Assembly: GCF_009914755.1 (NCBI RefSeq)
Contig: NC_060925.1
Strand: one strand, 5' to 3'
Length of the DNA: 64,000 nucleotides
Source: the human T2T-CHM13v2.0 reference genome, Homo sapiens
The notes under the pieces were generated by a model that saw nothing but the letters and a program-made list of their open reading frames with translations, was not told the origin of the DNA and made no database searches. Position numbers and translations under genes: made by a program. The stretch's first letter is position 1. Each line of letters starts with the position of its first letter. Positions 38,721 through 52,149 of the stretch are shown here, one piece after another.

Positions 38721-39714
38721 CCTACGTTGTCTCCCAGCACTATACCATCTAGAGCAATCCAGGGAAGAAAAGGCTACAGGAAGGAATGGTAAAACTGAGA
38801 CTAAAAGGGTAGGAAGGATTCAGAGACTTAAAAACAGAGAGAAAGGGCATTGTCTGGGAGAACAGCATGGAGCAAATGGTAAAGGTGTACCATAGGCAGG
38901 GAGGAGGTCGGCTGGCTGGGGCAGAGGCCTTGGGGAAGGTAAAGGGTTAGTTTTGTTCTTCCTCTCAAACAGAATCATCATTACAGGGACAGGACAAGGT
39001 GAATGGCAGAGTCCCACCTAATGCCTTGTCTGGAACAGAGACAGTGAATAAAATAAAATCCCCACCCCAAGGAGCTCACAATCTTGTAGGCAAAAGCCAT
39101 TGTAGCAGCCGCTGCCATGGATGGGCTTGAGAGGGTGCCTTCCCCAGGCGTGGTCCCTGTGACTCTGAAAGACAGCATCTCCCTTGCAAGGGAAGTTGGT
39201 AGCTGCTCAGCTGCATCCATAAAGCAAGTCAGATTCCACTGGGAAAGCTTCTGGAGTCTCCATTAGTGCTAAAACGGCCCAATGCTGCCTCCCTCCACAC
39301 TGGCAATGAATTACTCCGAGACAGAGATGGAGAAGATGCCAAAGTCTCCCATCGTCTTTCCTAACCTTGGGACAAATTAAATCAAATTCCACTGCACAGC
39401 CTGAAGGCATAAACTTCGTTAGCTGCACCAATATATTCTGCCAGGCAGGCAGGCTCCCAGGTACTAATTACTTTATTCAGCAAGTTAAACAAATGATATG
39501 ATATCTAAATTTGAGGGAGAGGCACCCGAGAGTTATGGAGCACATAGCATTGGGATCTGCCAATGAACAAAGCAAAACGGAATTGGTAAACTAACAGCTC
39601 AAAGTATTTTATCTGCATAGCCTTCAAGATTCAGCTCAGGGCCTCTGTCCCCTCCTCCTCTAGGAAGCCATCCCTAATGACATCATCTCCATAGACCTTT
39701 CCTTCCAGAAGGCT

Positions 39715-39990
39715 GTATACCCTAGTGGTTAGGAGCATGGTTTTGGTCATGCCTAGTAAAATTTGGGTTCTACCTCAGACTAATTGTGTGACTTGGGCAC
39801 ATTGCTTAATAGCCAGATTACTCTAAACTCCCAGTTCCTCAACAGTAAAGTAGAGAAATAATAGCTTCTACTTCCTAAGATTGTTGCAAGTGGTTCTTGA
39901 GATAATCCATGTAAGGCTATTAGCACATAGTAAAATCTCCATGAACAGGCATTGTTTCTATTATGATTGTTAGTATTATTTATATTGTTA
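39715..39990 (+). mobile_element. MIR
   Basis: tagtggttaggagcatgg...tgtgtgacttgggcacattgcttaa...cagttcctcaacagtaaa. Confidence 0.65.
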
Positions 39991-40623
39991 ACCATTGCAA
40001 TATTGTTGGGGTCTCCAGGGGGTTCTCAATAAGTGGCAGCCTTCTTGACTCAGTCTGCAGAATTTTTAAATATAAAACAGATAGAGATCAAAATATTGAT
40101 ATTATTACTGACAGAGGCTGAGTTGGAGGATGTAGCTTAGTGATGACAGTTAGGACAATGAATTCCAAGTTTAAGTTTCTCACACACACACAGAACAGGG
40201 CAGACTTCTTTGCAGGAACCCTGCCCAGTCAAGACACACAGCAAGGTAGAGCCCTCATGGTCTCATCCAGGCCAGATCACCCCCAAGGGAGACAAGGTAC
40301 CACAGAGACATGACTGTTATTCTTCTTAAATTTGCCAGTCAGATAAGTCATTCCATCTCCCCAGGGTAGCAAAAACAAGTGGGGTAGAAAAGGACTCAGT
40401 TACACTAATTAAGCCACCTTCACCGAAGAAACATCTGGAGTAGGAGGAAAGCCTTTCCCACTAACACAGGAGACAATGGAATGTGGTGGAATCCAACAGG
40501 ATGGATTCGAATCTATTCTCCCTCCATTTACTGCTATGTGATTTGGGGGAAGAAAATCTCTTTGATTATGGACCCAGTAAAATCTTGCTTAAACAGCATA
40601 CAAACCATTCAGAAGAGGTCACT

Positions 40624-40782
40624 GGCCAGGCATGGTGGCTCATGCCTGTAATCTCAGCACTTTGGGAGCTAAAGTGGGAGGATCACTTCAGGCCAGGAGG
40701 TCAAGGATGCAGTGAGCCATGGTCGTACCACAGCACACCAGCCTACATGACAAAGCGAGACTCTGTCTCTGAAAAAAAAAAA
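40624..40782 (+). mobile_element. Alu monomer (FRAM/FAM-like or left/right-arm recombinant)
   Basis: Left-arm start ggctcatgcctgtaatctcagcactttggg joined to right-arm gaggtcaaggatgcagtgagcc...gactctgtctc and A tail. Confidence 0.8.
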
Positions 40783-40784
40783 TT

Positions 40785-41056
40785 AAAGGTAAGAAAGAGA
40801 GAGAGAATAAAAGAAAGAAAGAAGGAAAGAAAGAAAGAAAGAGAAAGAAAAAGAAAAGAAAAGGAGGGAGGGAGGAAGGAAGGAGGGAAGGAAGGAAAGA
40901 AGGGAGGGAGGGAAAGAAAGAGAAAGAGAAGAAAGAAAGAGAGAAAGAGAAAGAGGGAGGGAAAGAAAGAAAGAGAAAGAGAGAAAAAGAAGGAGGGAGG
41001 GAGGAAGGAAGGAAGGAAGGAAGAAAGGAAGGGAGGGAGGGAGGGAAAAAGAAGAG
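40785..41056 (+). repeat. GA-rich polypurine low-complexity tract (GAAA/GGAA/GGGA)n
   Basis: ~270 nt with almost no pyrimidines on the + strand. Confidence 0.95.
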
Positions 41057-41796
41057 GTCATCTACACTTCCCTGATCCTTGATCCTCTGTTCTTTGTTCC
41101 CCAAATCCAGACATGTCATGGCTCCTGAACTTTGGCTTTCTGGCCTTCCTCCCCTCATCTTCCCGGTGCTGACCCTGCCGCCCTCTTCTACAGCTTCTAA
41201 GACCGAGACAAAGCCGCACTGACCCAAGCAGTCCACGACCAGCCAGCTGCCCCCAGACACAGTTCCCTCACTCCTGGTCGGAAGACACTTGAATACAGAT
41301 TCTGCGCTGGCAGAGGAGTGCCGGCGCCTCCAGCTCCCTCAGCTCAGGACCTCTCCCCTGGCAGGAGCAGGGGGTGGAAAGCGTGCGAGCACGCTGGAGC
41401 TGAGGAAGCAGCAGGAAGGAGGGGTGTGTGCCAGTGCCATAGACTCGACCAGGGCCTTCCACGTGCCTTCGCTCCTGTCACGGTCACGTAACCTTCTGAG
41501 GTGAGCACTGTCATCCCACTTTCCAGAAGAGATGCCTAAGGCTCAAGCCCTACCTGGAAGATTAGGAAGCCCCCGCCGGACCCCCTTCCTGGTTGACGAT
41601 GACATTCATTCCAGTAACTGGCTTCGCCCCCTGGCTACAGTTGTTTGGATAGTGGAGAGCACATGACTCAAGATGAACCAATCAGAGTTGTCCTCCCACT
41701 AATGTGTGCAATTCATAATCAGCCGCACTGGGGAAGTTGGAGACTGGACTATCATCTGATGACATGTGCCAAAAGACAGATAAAAACAAGAGACAG

Positions 41797-42141
41797 GACC
41801 AGGCATGGTGGCTCACGCCTGTAATCCTAACACTTTGGGAGCCTGAGGTGGGTGGATTGCTTGAGGCCAGGAGTTCAAGACCAGCCTGAGCAACGTGGCA
41901 AAACCTCGTCTCTACTAAAAATACAAAAATTAGCCGGGCGTGGTGGTGCACACCTGTAATCCCAGCTACTGGGGAGGTTGAGACACAAGAATCACTTCAG
42001 CCTAGGTGGCAGAGAGTGCAGTGAGCCGATATCACACCACTGCACTCCAGCCTATGGACAGAGTGAGACCCTGTCTCAAAAAAATAAATAAATAAAAATT
42101 TTTGAAAAAATAAAATAAAACAAACAAGCAAACTAACAAAA
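41797..42141 (+). mobile_element. Alu (Jb/Sz-like)
   Basis: Full dimer, long mixed A tail; TSD-like aaaaacaagagacag/aaaaacaagtgagag. Confidence 0.93.
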
Positions 42142-42330
42142 ACAAGTGAGAGAAAGAGAGACGATTAAGCACAAGCCCAGAGAAATCCAAACATGAAAGA
42201 CTGTCTGGCTCCAGGGAGCGTGAGACTGAGATAGGGTGACTGCTTTGATTCTTGGTGGCCTCCCAGTCCCTTGTGAGAGCTACTGCTTTCCTGCGATGGC
42301 CTCTGCCTCCCTGCAAAAAAAAATTCTCTG

Positions 42331-42637
<307 letters not shown>

Positions 42638-43439
42638 CAAAATTCTCTATTTTTGTTTAAGCCAACTTAGTCTCTGATACTTGCAAATAAAATAATCTTA
42701 ATTAAAATACTCAGAATGGTTAAGAGTCTTAACCAAGCAGTCAAGCCTAGAGCACAGACCAATCTCCTCTAACTTCAAACCGCACCCTCTTGGCTGGCTG
42801 TGGGGAAAGTGGGGATCTGAAGGGACCTATGGCTCCTTCCTGTCCCCTTCCTAGGAGTGAGGAGTGGAGTCCTAAAAGCAGAGCCTGCAATGAGATGTGC
42901 AGACCAACACCTGCTCTCTGTGTCCTAGACCCATTTGAATCTGAAATCCCAAACCAGAGTCAAGTTTCATTCCATGAATACCTATTTCAGCCACTCTCAG
43001 AGTGCCAGCCCCACTCCACAATGGGACAGTGATTCCCAGCTTCCCTGTGGAATTGTCTTCTAACTAGTTTTGTTTGGATTGGGTTTACCGGTAGAGATAT
43101 GATTCTAAACTTTTCATTGGCATGCCTGGAACAACCCAGCACTCACACACACCCACACTCCCAGATCTGAAGACCTTCTTCATCTGCCATAAAACAGAAC
43201 ATCACCTTTTCCTTGGCTGAATGCAGCATCCAACACACTGGAGGTCCAGCTGATAGCAGGGAGGCAACATTGTTCCCCAGGTTGTCCACCAAAGGGTGGG
43301 TATGGGAGGTCCTCAGAGCTGTTAGTGGAATCAGAGGCTACGGGAGAATTCTGCCCCTGGTTGGGAGATCTGGAATTCCTGAGCAGTCCCTAATAAATGT
43401 ATACCAATAAATGTTTGATCAATAAATTAATCCCAAGAG

Positions 43440-44140
43440 TCCCTCAGGCCCTCATCCCCACAACCAGCCTCCATTCATCCTATTTAACCTGCTTTATCTA
43501 AATGTCCCTCAGATCCAGTCTTGCCTCCATCAGAACTGCCCCTGCTCTTGGTCAGGTTCTTACTCCCTCTCCCAGAGGCTAGCAAAAAGTAAATCTCTGG
43601 GCTCCCATCAACCCTCGCTCTCTGTCCCAATCTAGTTTCCATACCAGCAGCTGCCCAGTGGTCTTCCTAGAGCAGCCCCATTACTCCCCAGATTAATGCT
43701 CTGCAAGAGATCCCACTAAGGTCCTGAGACCTGGTCTCTGCCTATCTCTGTAACTTCATCTCTAACCTTACTCTTTGCACTGGAGGGGAACTGTGCTGTG
43801 GACTTCACGATGCTCTTTCAAGACTTCACGACTTTGCACATGCAGTCTCCTTTGCCTGGATTGCCTTTCTCTTCTCTACCACCGTTTCCAGTCTAACCTC
43901 TACCTCCTACTTAGCCTTTCCGACTCTCCTCTGGTGCACGTCCTCTGAGAAGCTTTGGCAGGCTCTGCCCCACTGCTCCCACCATGTGTTCCCCAGGGCC
44001 CCCAATTATCTTACTTAGTCCTCTCTCCTGCACACTGCTCACCTCATAAGGTAACTGATGGCTTACTTTTCTATATTCACCATCCAGCCGTGAGCACTTT
44101 GAGGTTAAGGATGCAGCTTATTCATCGTGGATATCAGGAA
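43440..44140 (+). mobile_element. L2 fragment
   Basis: ctttgcacatgcagtctcctttgcctggattgcctt motif and typical L2 3' region. Confidence 0.55.
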
Positions 44141-44623
44141 GAAACAATGATTGCCCTTCAGAATAAGAACTGACTGTAGTTGCTTTTACATGCTAGGGGG
44201 ATAGGAAAATTCCTATCAGAGGAGATGGCTGTTTATTTAGGAAAATATGTTGCAGCGCCTCTTTGGGATGAAATGTGATGCTCTCCTAGGCATAATCTAG
44301 AAAGAGCAGTCATATGAAGGAGGGACCAAACTGCATAGTAAGATGAAGAAAGGTTTCCAAAAAAAAAGGAAAAAACAAGAAACGTTTCCATTCTTCTGGA
44401 CAGCCCCAGTGGGAAGGTAAGCATTTCTTGAGAAAACAAAGGGACGTGGGGAGTATGCGAGAAGCTATGTAGGGGAGGGTGGACACAGCAAGAAGGCTTA
44501 GGGTCTAAAGAGGAAAGGTGGACGGTGGGACATCTCTGGGACAGTGTGGGCTGAGGAACCTGAAGAAACAGATGTCAGAAATTCAGGTTTAAAGTGTTTC
44601 CTGCACTGTGCTATTCTATGCTG

Positions 44624-44624
<1 letters not shown>

Positions 44625-44661
<37 letters not shown>

Positions 44662-44666
44662 ACACA
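44625..44666 (+). repeat. (CA)n microsatellite with one TA interruption
   Basis: Read directly. Confidence 0.95.
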
Positions 44667-45929
44667 GTCCTGCCCCTCTCCCCACAATACCCCAAACCTT
44701 CAGGCAAATGCTAGCGATCAACATTGCTGGGGTGATGCTCAAGAGGAATAAAGGCAAAGAAACCTCGTCTTGCAGGGACCATGCACAGAGGGACAGCAGA
44801 GGAGCGGAGCTGGCAAGCAGATGACTGAGAAGTCGAGAAAGCAAGTCAGAAGGGAAAGGTAAGCATGAGAACCAAAACCATCCCAGGAATTTGCTGAAAC
44901 CTTGGGGAAGGCATTAAAACCATTGGGAAGGAGTGGGCTCAAGTCATTTACTTTAAATATTAAAGTAAAGGTTTACTGCTGAATGCATGCTCAAATGAAT
45001 TGAAATTCTGATCACTTTGGGGACCTCTGAGACTGGCCTGCACACGTTTCGGGGCGCGCTCTTCCACAATGCACGGGAAAGAAGAGGAATGTCAAAAATG
45101 CTTGGCAATCCCATGGTTGTAATAGAGGGTGTAAGAGGTTGGAGGTTTTTGAGAGTGCTGAGAGCTGACAAGGTTTCCTTAGAGAGGCTGGGGAGAACAG
45201 CAGAGGAAACAAAATCTTTACTTGCCAGAGCAAGAGGGAACCTTCGGAACACCTGTTGCTCGGACAGCAAATAGACTTCTACCTCAGTGCCAACTCTGAT
45301 CAACTGCTAGTGGGGGCCTGGAGCACTGCCTTAGGAAGAATTCTAAGGCTCTGTCCAGATTCCACAAGAAAGAATTCAATGATCAATTAATAATGTCTGC
45401 CATGGGTGCAGGAACAGGAATGATAGCCTGTGTGCCATAGAGTTGCCCTCTCTTATCTAGCCAAATTTCTCTTTATATAGATGGAAAAAAAGAAGCAACT
45501 TACCTAAGTCACATGGTTAGTGGCTACAGTCAAATCTAACATCAAATTCTGGGCTCTTCTCTGCACTGTGCTCCCTTACACAAAACACAAGGTAGAGAAG
45601 CAGGATGGTTAATATCTTGGCTAGTTGTCTGGTGAAATTAAGCAAGGCACAAGGACGGACCATGCCAGATGAAGGCAGGAAGGAAAACTGTATTAGGTTT
45701 ATGTCAGGAGCAGGTGTTGGCCAGAAAATCTCTTTGTTCACTTTAAGAACACACAGCTTCCAGGTGCATCAGAAGTCCTGCAGAATGGGTTAGCATACCA
45801 GTGTGACCAGGGCCCAAGCTCAAGGTGGGAGGGATAGGAATTTTCATGATAGGAAAGGAAGAAGACATTGACCCAGGCAGTCCTGGCTAGTGTCTTTTTT
45901 TGTTGTTTCTCTGGCTAGTGTCTTTATAT

Positions 45930-46380
45930 TATGCATTCATTGAACAAATATTATTTAAGCATCTTAGAGTAAATTAGCGAACTAGGAGCTGGGGCTAGAG
46001 TTCTTGAGGCATTTGCAACAAAGACAGGGAGGAGACAGGCATGAAACTGCTAATTACGCAATTAGTTATATAATTATAAATGGAGATAAATGCCATGAAA
46101 GGGTACAGGGAGCTCCGACAGCAAACAACCCTGGGGATCTGATGTAATCCAGAGAAGGAGAGAAAGCATTCCTGAGGAAGTGACATTTAAACTGAGACTC
46201 AAAGGATTTAAACAGGAGGTAATGATAGATTGAGGGTAGAGAGAGGCAGGAGAAGAAGAAAGACAGGAAGACAGAGGGCAGAGGAAAGAAGCTGTTAAAG
46301 GCCTAATGGAGGAAAGAAACATGACATATTTGAGGAACTGAAAGACCAAAAGGCCAGAAGGGCTGGAACACAAAATAGGC
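45930..46380 (-). mobile_element. L2 3' fragment (antisense)
   Basis: cattcattgaacaaatatt...gcattcctgaggaagtgacatttaaactgagactcaaaggat. Confidence 0.65.
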
Positions 46381-46669
46381 ATGTTTTTCAGGTTGTTGTC
46401 AGGGGGCATGAAGTTAGAAACCAACAAAGGATATATCCACGACAGTAACCCCACCCCTCCCCACACCTGTAGCCTATGTGGAACCAAGGCATGAGTTTTT
46501 AGAAGACATCCCCTCTGGATTGACAGCCCACCTGAACAGCTGGGCAAATGGAGCCCCCACTTAGCCCCTCAGCCAGGCACATGTGTGCAGTGCATAGCCT
46601 GCACAGCTGTACGTGTCAGTCCTGTCCTCACCTCCCTCATCCCAGCCCCCAGCAAGTAAGTTAGACCAG

Positions 46670-46810
46670 TATCCATAGAAATCAACTGGTCATCCCATTA
46701 AAATACAGATTCCAATTTGGTAGCCCAGGGTGACGCCTGAGATTTTTCATTTCTAATGCAATTCCTAGTGCTTACTGCTGCTCCTCTGTGGACCACATTG
46801 AATGACAAAG
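46670..46810. mobile_element. MER5A/B-like hAT-Charlie fragment
   Basis: ttaaaatacagattcc...gcctgagatttttcatttctaa...gtggaccacattgaatgacaaag. Confidence 0.6.
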
Positions 46811-49097
46811 AACTCGCAGACAAACTGCGAAGGACTTAAGCATCAACATCCCAGGGAAAACTGAAAAGAGAAAAAGTCCATGGAAAATGATGTTTGATTA
46901 AATGCAATTCTTTTGGATTATTTCCCACTGTGCGCCAGGGCTTGTCATGCTGGAGACAGGTAAACACGATACAGCCCTTGTCAACAAGGAGATGGCACTC
47001 AAAACCTGGTGGGAGAGATGAGCAGAAGCACAGACCCAGGGCAGTAATTAGTCCCATAGAGAGAGAAGCGAAGAGCCCTGGATCCCAGAAGGAATGACTA
47101 GTGCTAATTAGGAAAATCAGGGAGGACTCCCTGGGAGAGGTGACATTTGTGGAATGAGCAGGATTTCGACATGAGGAATATAGAAAAGGTAAGCAAAAGA
47201 ATTGGGATATACCTCAACCAATCAACCAAGCAATATATAAATAGATCAATTTTTTAATAAGAAGAAATAAAATATGAAGGAGCATGAAGATCCCAAGGCA
47301 TATGGACCTTAAGGAGGGTTTGTGGGAGGCAGTGCTAGAAAACTCATTCAACATCAGACTCTCCTGGATTTTAAATGCCAAGTTAAGAGAAGAGAAACTT
47401 AGGAAATCTGTATGTTTTACCAAAAAGAAAAAGCAAAGCCCTATTAGGCAGAGTCTGGGCCAACTGCCCAAGCTCCAGTTCTGCGAGGCCTCCTTCGGCA
47501 GCGCCCAGTACTGAGGAGGACCCGGCAGGATCAATACACAACAGCTTTCAGGTGTCCGGACTTGTGTTGTCAACACAAGAAGGTCGAGGATAACAATGCC
47601 TGAGGGCAAACATCAAACCCTACCTACTGGGGCAGCAGGCTGGGGGGAAGCAGCTGGAGAGAAAAGGTTTTCAGAAACAGAAAAGGAGGCCTCTGAAAAG
47701 GACTCAATGAAGGAGACACGAAAGATAAAATCCAACCTCCTTAAAAAGAAAACCCGTAAAATTGTGTTTACAATATCAAAGCCGATGAAAGAAATGGATG
47801 GTTTGAGAGGGAGGAGATTTAGAAAGCCCTTTAAGAGGCTGCAAGAAATAAAAAAGCCAGGACAAAAGCTGAACACCCCCAGAATCCCTGCATCCACATC
47901 CCCCAGTACATCCACCTCTCCCCACCTTCACCATGCTGAAATCAGACCCATACCTGCAGCCCTGGCCAAACATAGACTCCAATACCAACCCTGCCCCAAC
48001 AGAAGGAGCCCAACAGGGTTTAGCCCATGCCCAAGGGAACACAGCCTCAATCCAGCCTGGCTGTCTACCCTGCTCTGGCCTTATGCCCACTTCTGCAGTG
48101 GCCTCAGTCTTGCCTCAGAAATGAAATCTCTGCCTTAAATTGTAGATCAGTGGATTTGAGTCCCTGCATGGCCTGCCTGAGTCTACTCAGGCTGAGACCC
48201 CACCAAGTCCTCCTTCACTCTGGGAATCCATCCACTGGGATCCCATCAACTGCAGTTATTCCTGTAGATAGATAAACTGAGCCATCTGAACCAGTCCTGC
48301 CCAGAGTGCAGAGGCTGAAGGGAGGCAAGGACTTTTTCTAAAGGCAACAAGAATCAGACAACTCAGAGCTAAGTCATAGAAACAGAATCTGCCTGGCTTT
48401 TTCCTCCTTCCCACATCCTTGGGTGTTTCTTGTGCACTCATTCATTTCTTAAACATTTTCAAATGTTTTCCCAGAGTGAAGCTTTACACTGATGATACAA
48501 AGGTGATGCAGGTGTAGCCCTGAAGAAAACCTTCCTACTGGCATGGACATGGCATTCTCCCAGGCTCCTGACTCCAGGCATTCCTTTCTCTGCCTTCTGG
48601 GTGGCATCCCTCTGCGGGGTGCACTGTCCCTCCCAGTTGCAGCCAGGGTGCTCCATAGCTCCTGGTGGATGACAGTGCCAGCCCTGTGGCCTCCCTACAT
48701 AAGGCTGCAGTGGGAGGGACTGAGGGACAATGTGGGGTGGATGGCTTGCTGCATTTAGCTCTGAGCAGGGGAGAGCTCAAATGCTTTCTCCCCAAACAGA
48801 TTCCTACTGATGAACCATAAATAAATTCACATTTCTTCACCGCAGATGGATGGAATGCTGGGGGGCTTCCTGAGCAATCCCACTAGCAGCAGACCTCGTT
48901 CCCAGACTCTCTCGTTCCGAGTCTGAAACAGAGGGTCTGGTCTCAGGACCAGCTCGCAGGTGTCACATTGTCTTCTTCCAGATCCCACGGTGGGTGTAAG
49001 GTCCCCCATGCTGTTCACAACCACAGTCCTTTCTAGCAGCTCAGACTGCATCCCCTGACAGTCTCTAAGTATGTGTGTATAAAAATACATGTATCTG

Positions 49098-49487
<390 letters not shown>

Positions 49488-50387
49488 CTAAAAGGAGCCA
49501 GGGCTCCTTGAAGAAATGACCAATCCCAGGACTTCAGCAGGGAAAACATGAGGCGAGAGAAACCTCGGACATCTTGCCTTTGCCCAGCCTATTCCCTCTT
49601 CCTGGGCTGCCTTCCCACCAGTTAATTCTTCTCACTCCCTTCTCTGACAGTCCACAGTAAGCAGCATCATTCTATCATTCTGTGCACCAGTCAGCGCTCA
49701 ATCTTCTGTTGCTGGACAGACTTAAGAAAGCACCGTGGGCAAGTGTAGCCCCTTTGGAAATCCAACTGACAGGTGCAAACTCTGGTTCTGCTCAGCACTC
49801 ATTGCTTAACCTCTCTGAGGCTCAGTTTCTTCCTCTGTGAAATGGGGGTACTGATGCCTACCTCCTGGGGTGCTTTGAGGCCTCGGGCAGGCATCCATGC
49901 TGATCCGACAGGCTCAGTACTCATCCAGAGCAAACACTAAACAGCAGTATTTTCTCCATGGTGATGTGTTCGCCTGCCCTATTAGAGTCTGAGCCTTCCT
50001 CATCTGTCTCTTTCCATTCCCCAGCACCCAGCACCATACCTGGCACCCCAGGAGCGTTGCCTCCGTGTTTCTCACGTTGTTTGTGTTGCTAGCTGATATC
50101 TGCTCACTGGCCCTTGTTGACTGAATGGGCTGATGGGCACATAGCCACACTTGTTGACTGAGCTTTTCCTACTGATACCCACTGCCTGGAACCTGCCCAG
50201 GGCAATCCCTCATAGTATCTGCCAGGGCCCCCAACCCCCTGGATAAAGGCAAACAGGAAAAATAGCCCTCTTGTTTCCTCAGCCCTGCCTCTGGCCGGTT
50301 CTACCTGCCTCTTTCTTGTGCTCTCTAGAACACCCCCATTTCTCTGCACCTCTATCTCACCTCATCACTGTCTCTGCACCTTGTCAG

Positions 50388-51349
<962 letters not shown>

Positions 51350-52013
51350 TCAGCATTGCCATGCCTGAGTTTCTCTGTGTGTCTGTGGCTCTGCTCGGTC
51401 ACCATGTCTCTGCCCACCTTTGCTGACTCCCTCTCTGTGGCTTCTTCTCCCTGCCACCATCTTTCCCTCCCACAGAACGGCTGCGCTTCCCCTTGCCGAT
51501 GGCCTCGTTGTCCGCACTCAAGGATATGGGCCTCAATAGCACCTGCACGCATTTGTTGCTACCTCTTCATTGTTTTCCTGGTGGCAGACCAGCTTTTCCT
51601 CTCTACTCCTCAGGGATTTATTGCAGATGGGTTTTTTTTATCTCCTCTATCTGGGGTGTCTGCCCTTCCCTTCGTGTCCCTTCCCCCAATCCTAGAACCT
51701 CCAGTGGTGGTGACTTCTAGAGATCAGGGGGAAAAGCTCAAGATCAGGGCAGGAGAAAAACCTCCAAAGTCCCAAGATAGGATCTTCAGAAGCAGCCTGA
51801 GGATCCTCCTTCTGTGAAGTGTGGTGCATGCAGGGAGGGGATGGATATGTTAACACATGCCACACATACAGGGTGACATGCTACATGGGAAGAACATGTG
51901 CTCAGCCTCCGAAGTCATCAGGAAAGTTCATACACCCTGCGTTGGGGACACGTGAACACCATGAGGGCCATTTATTTGAGAGCATACAGGTCCCACCTGT
52001 GCAAGGCAAATCC

Positions 52014-52056
52014 CAGCCTCCCAAAGTGCTGGGATTACAGGTGTGAGCCACTGCAC
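52014..52056 (-). mobile_element. Isolated 43-bp Alu 5' fragment (no tail, no TSD)
   Basis: cagcctcccaaagtgctgggattacaggtgtgagccactgcac. Confidence 0.85.
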
Positions 52057-52149
52057 GAAACAGCTGATCTATGCATTGGAGGACATGGTGTTTGAGGATG
52101 CAGATGTAAATGTTGCGGGAGAGGGGAATGTACAGAGTATTCAGCCATT

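Noticed and set aside
40483-41260. Longest ORFs (199 aa +, 190 aa -)
   Set aside because: They translate an Alu monomer and GA-rich low-complexity DNA that lacks stop codons by composition.
41622-41640. CTCF-like ccagggggcg on the minus strand
   Set aside because: Only part of the core matches; cannot be supported without a PWM score or ChIP data.
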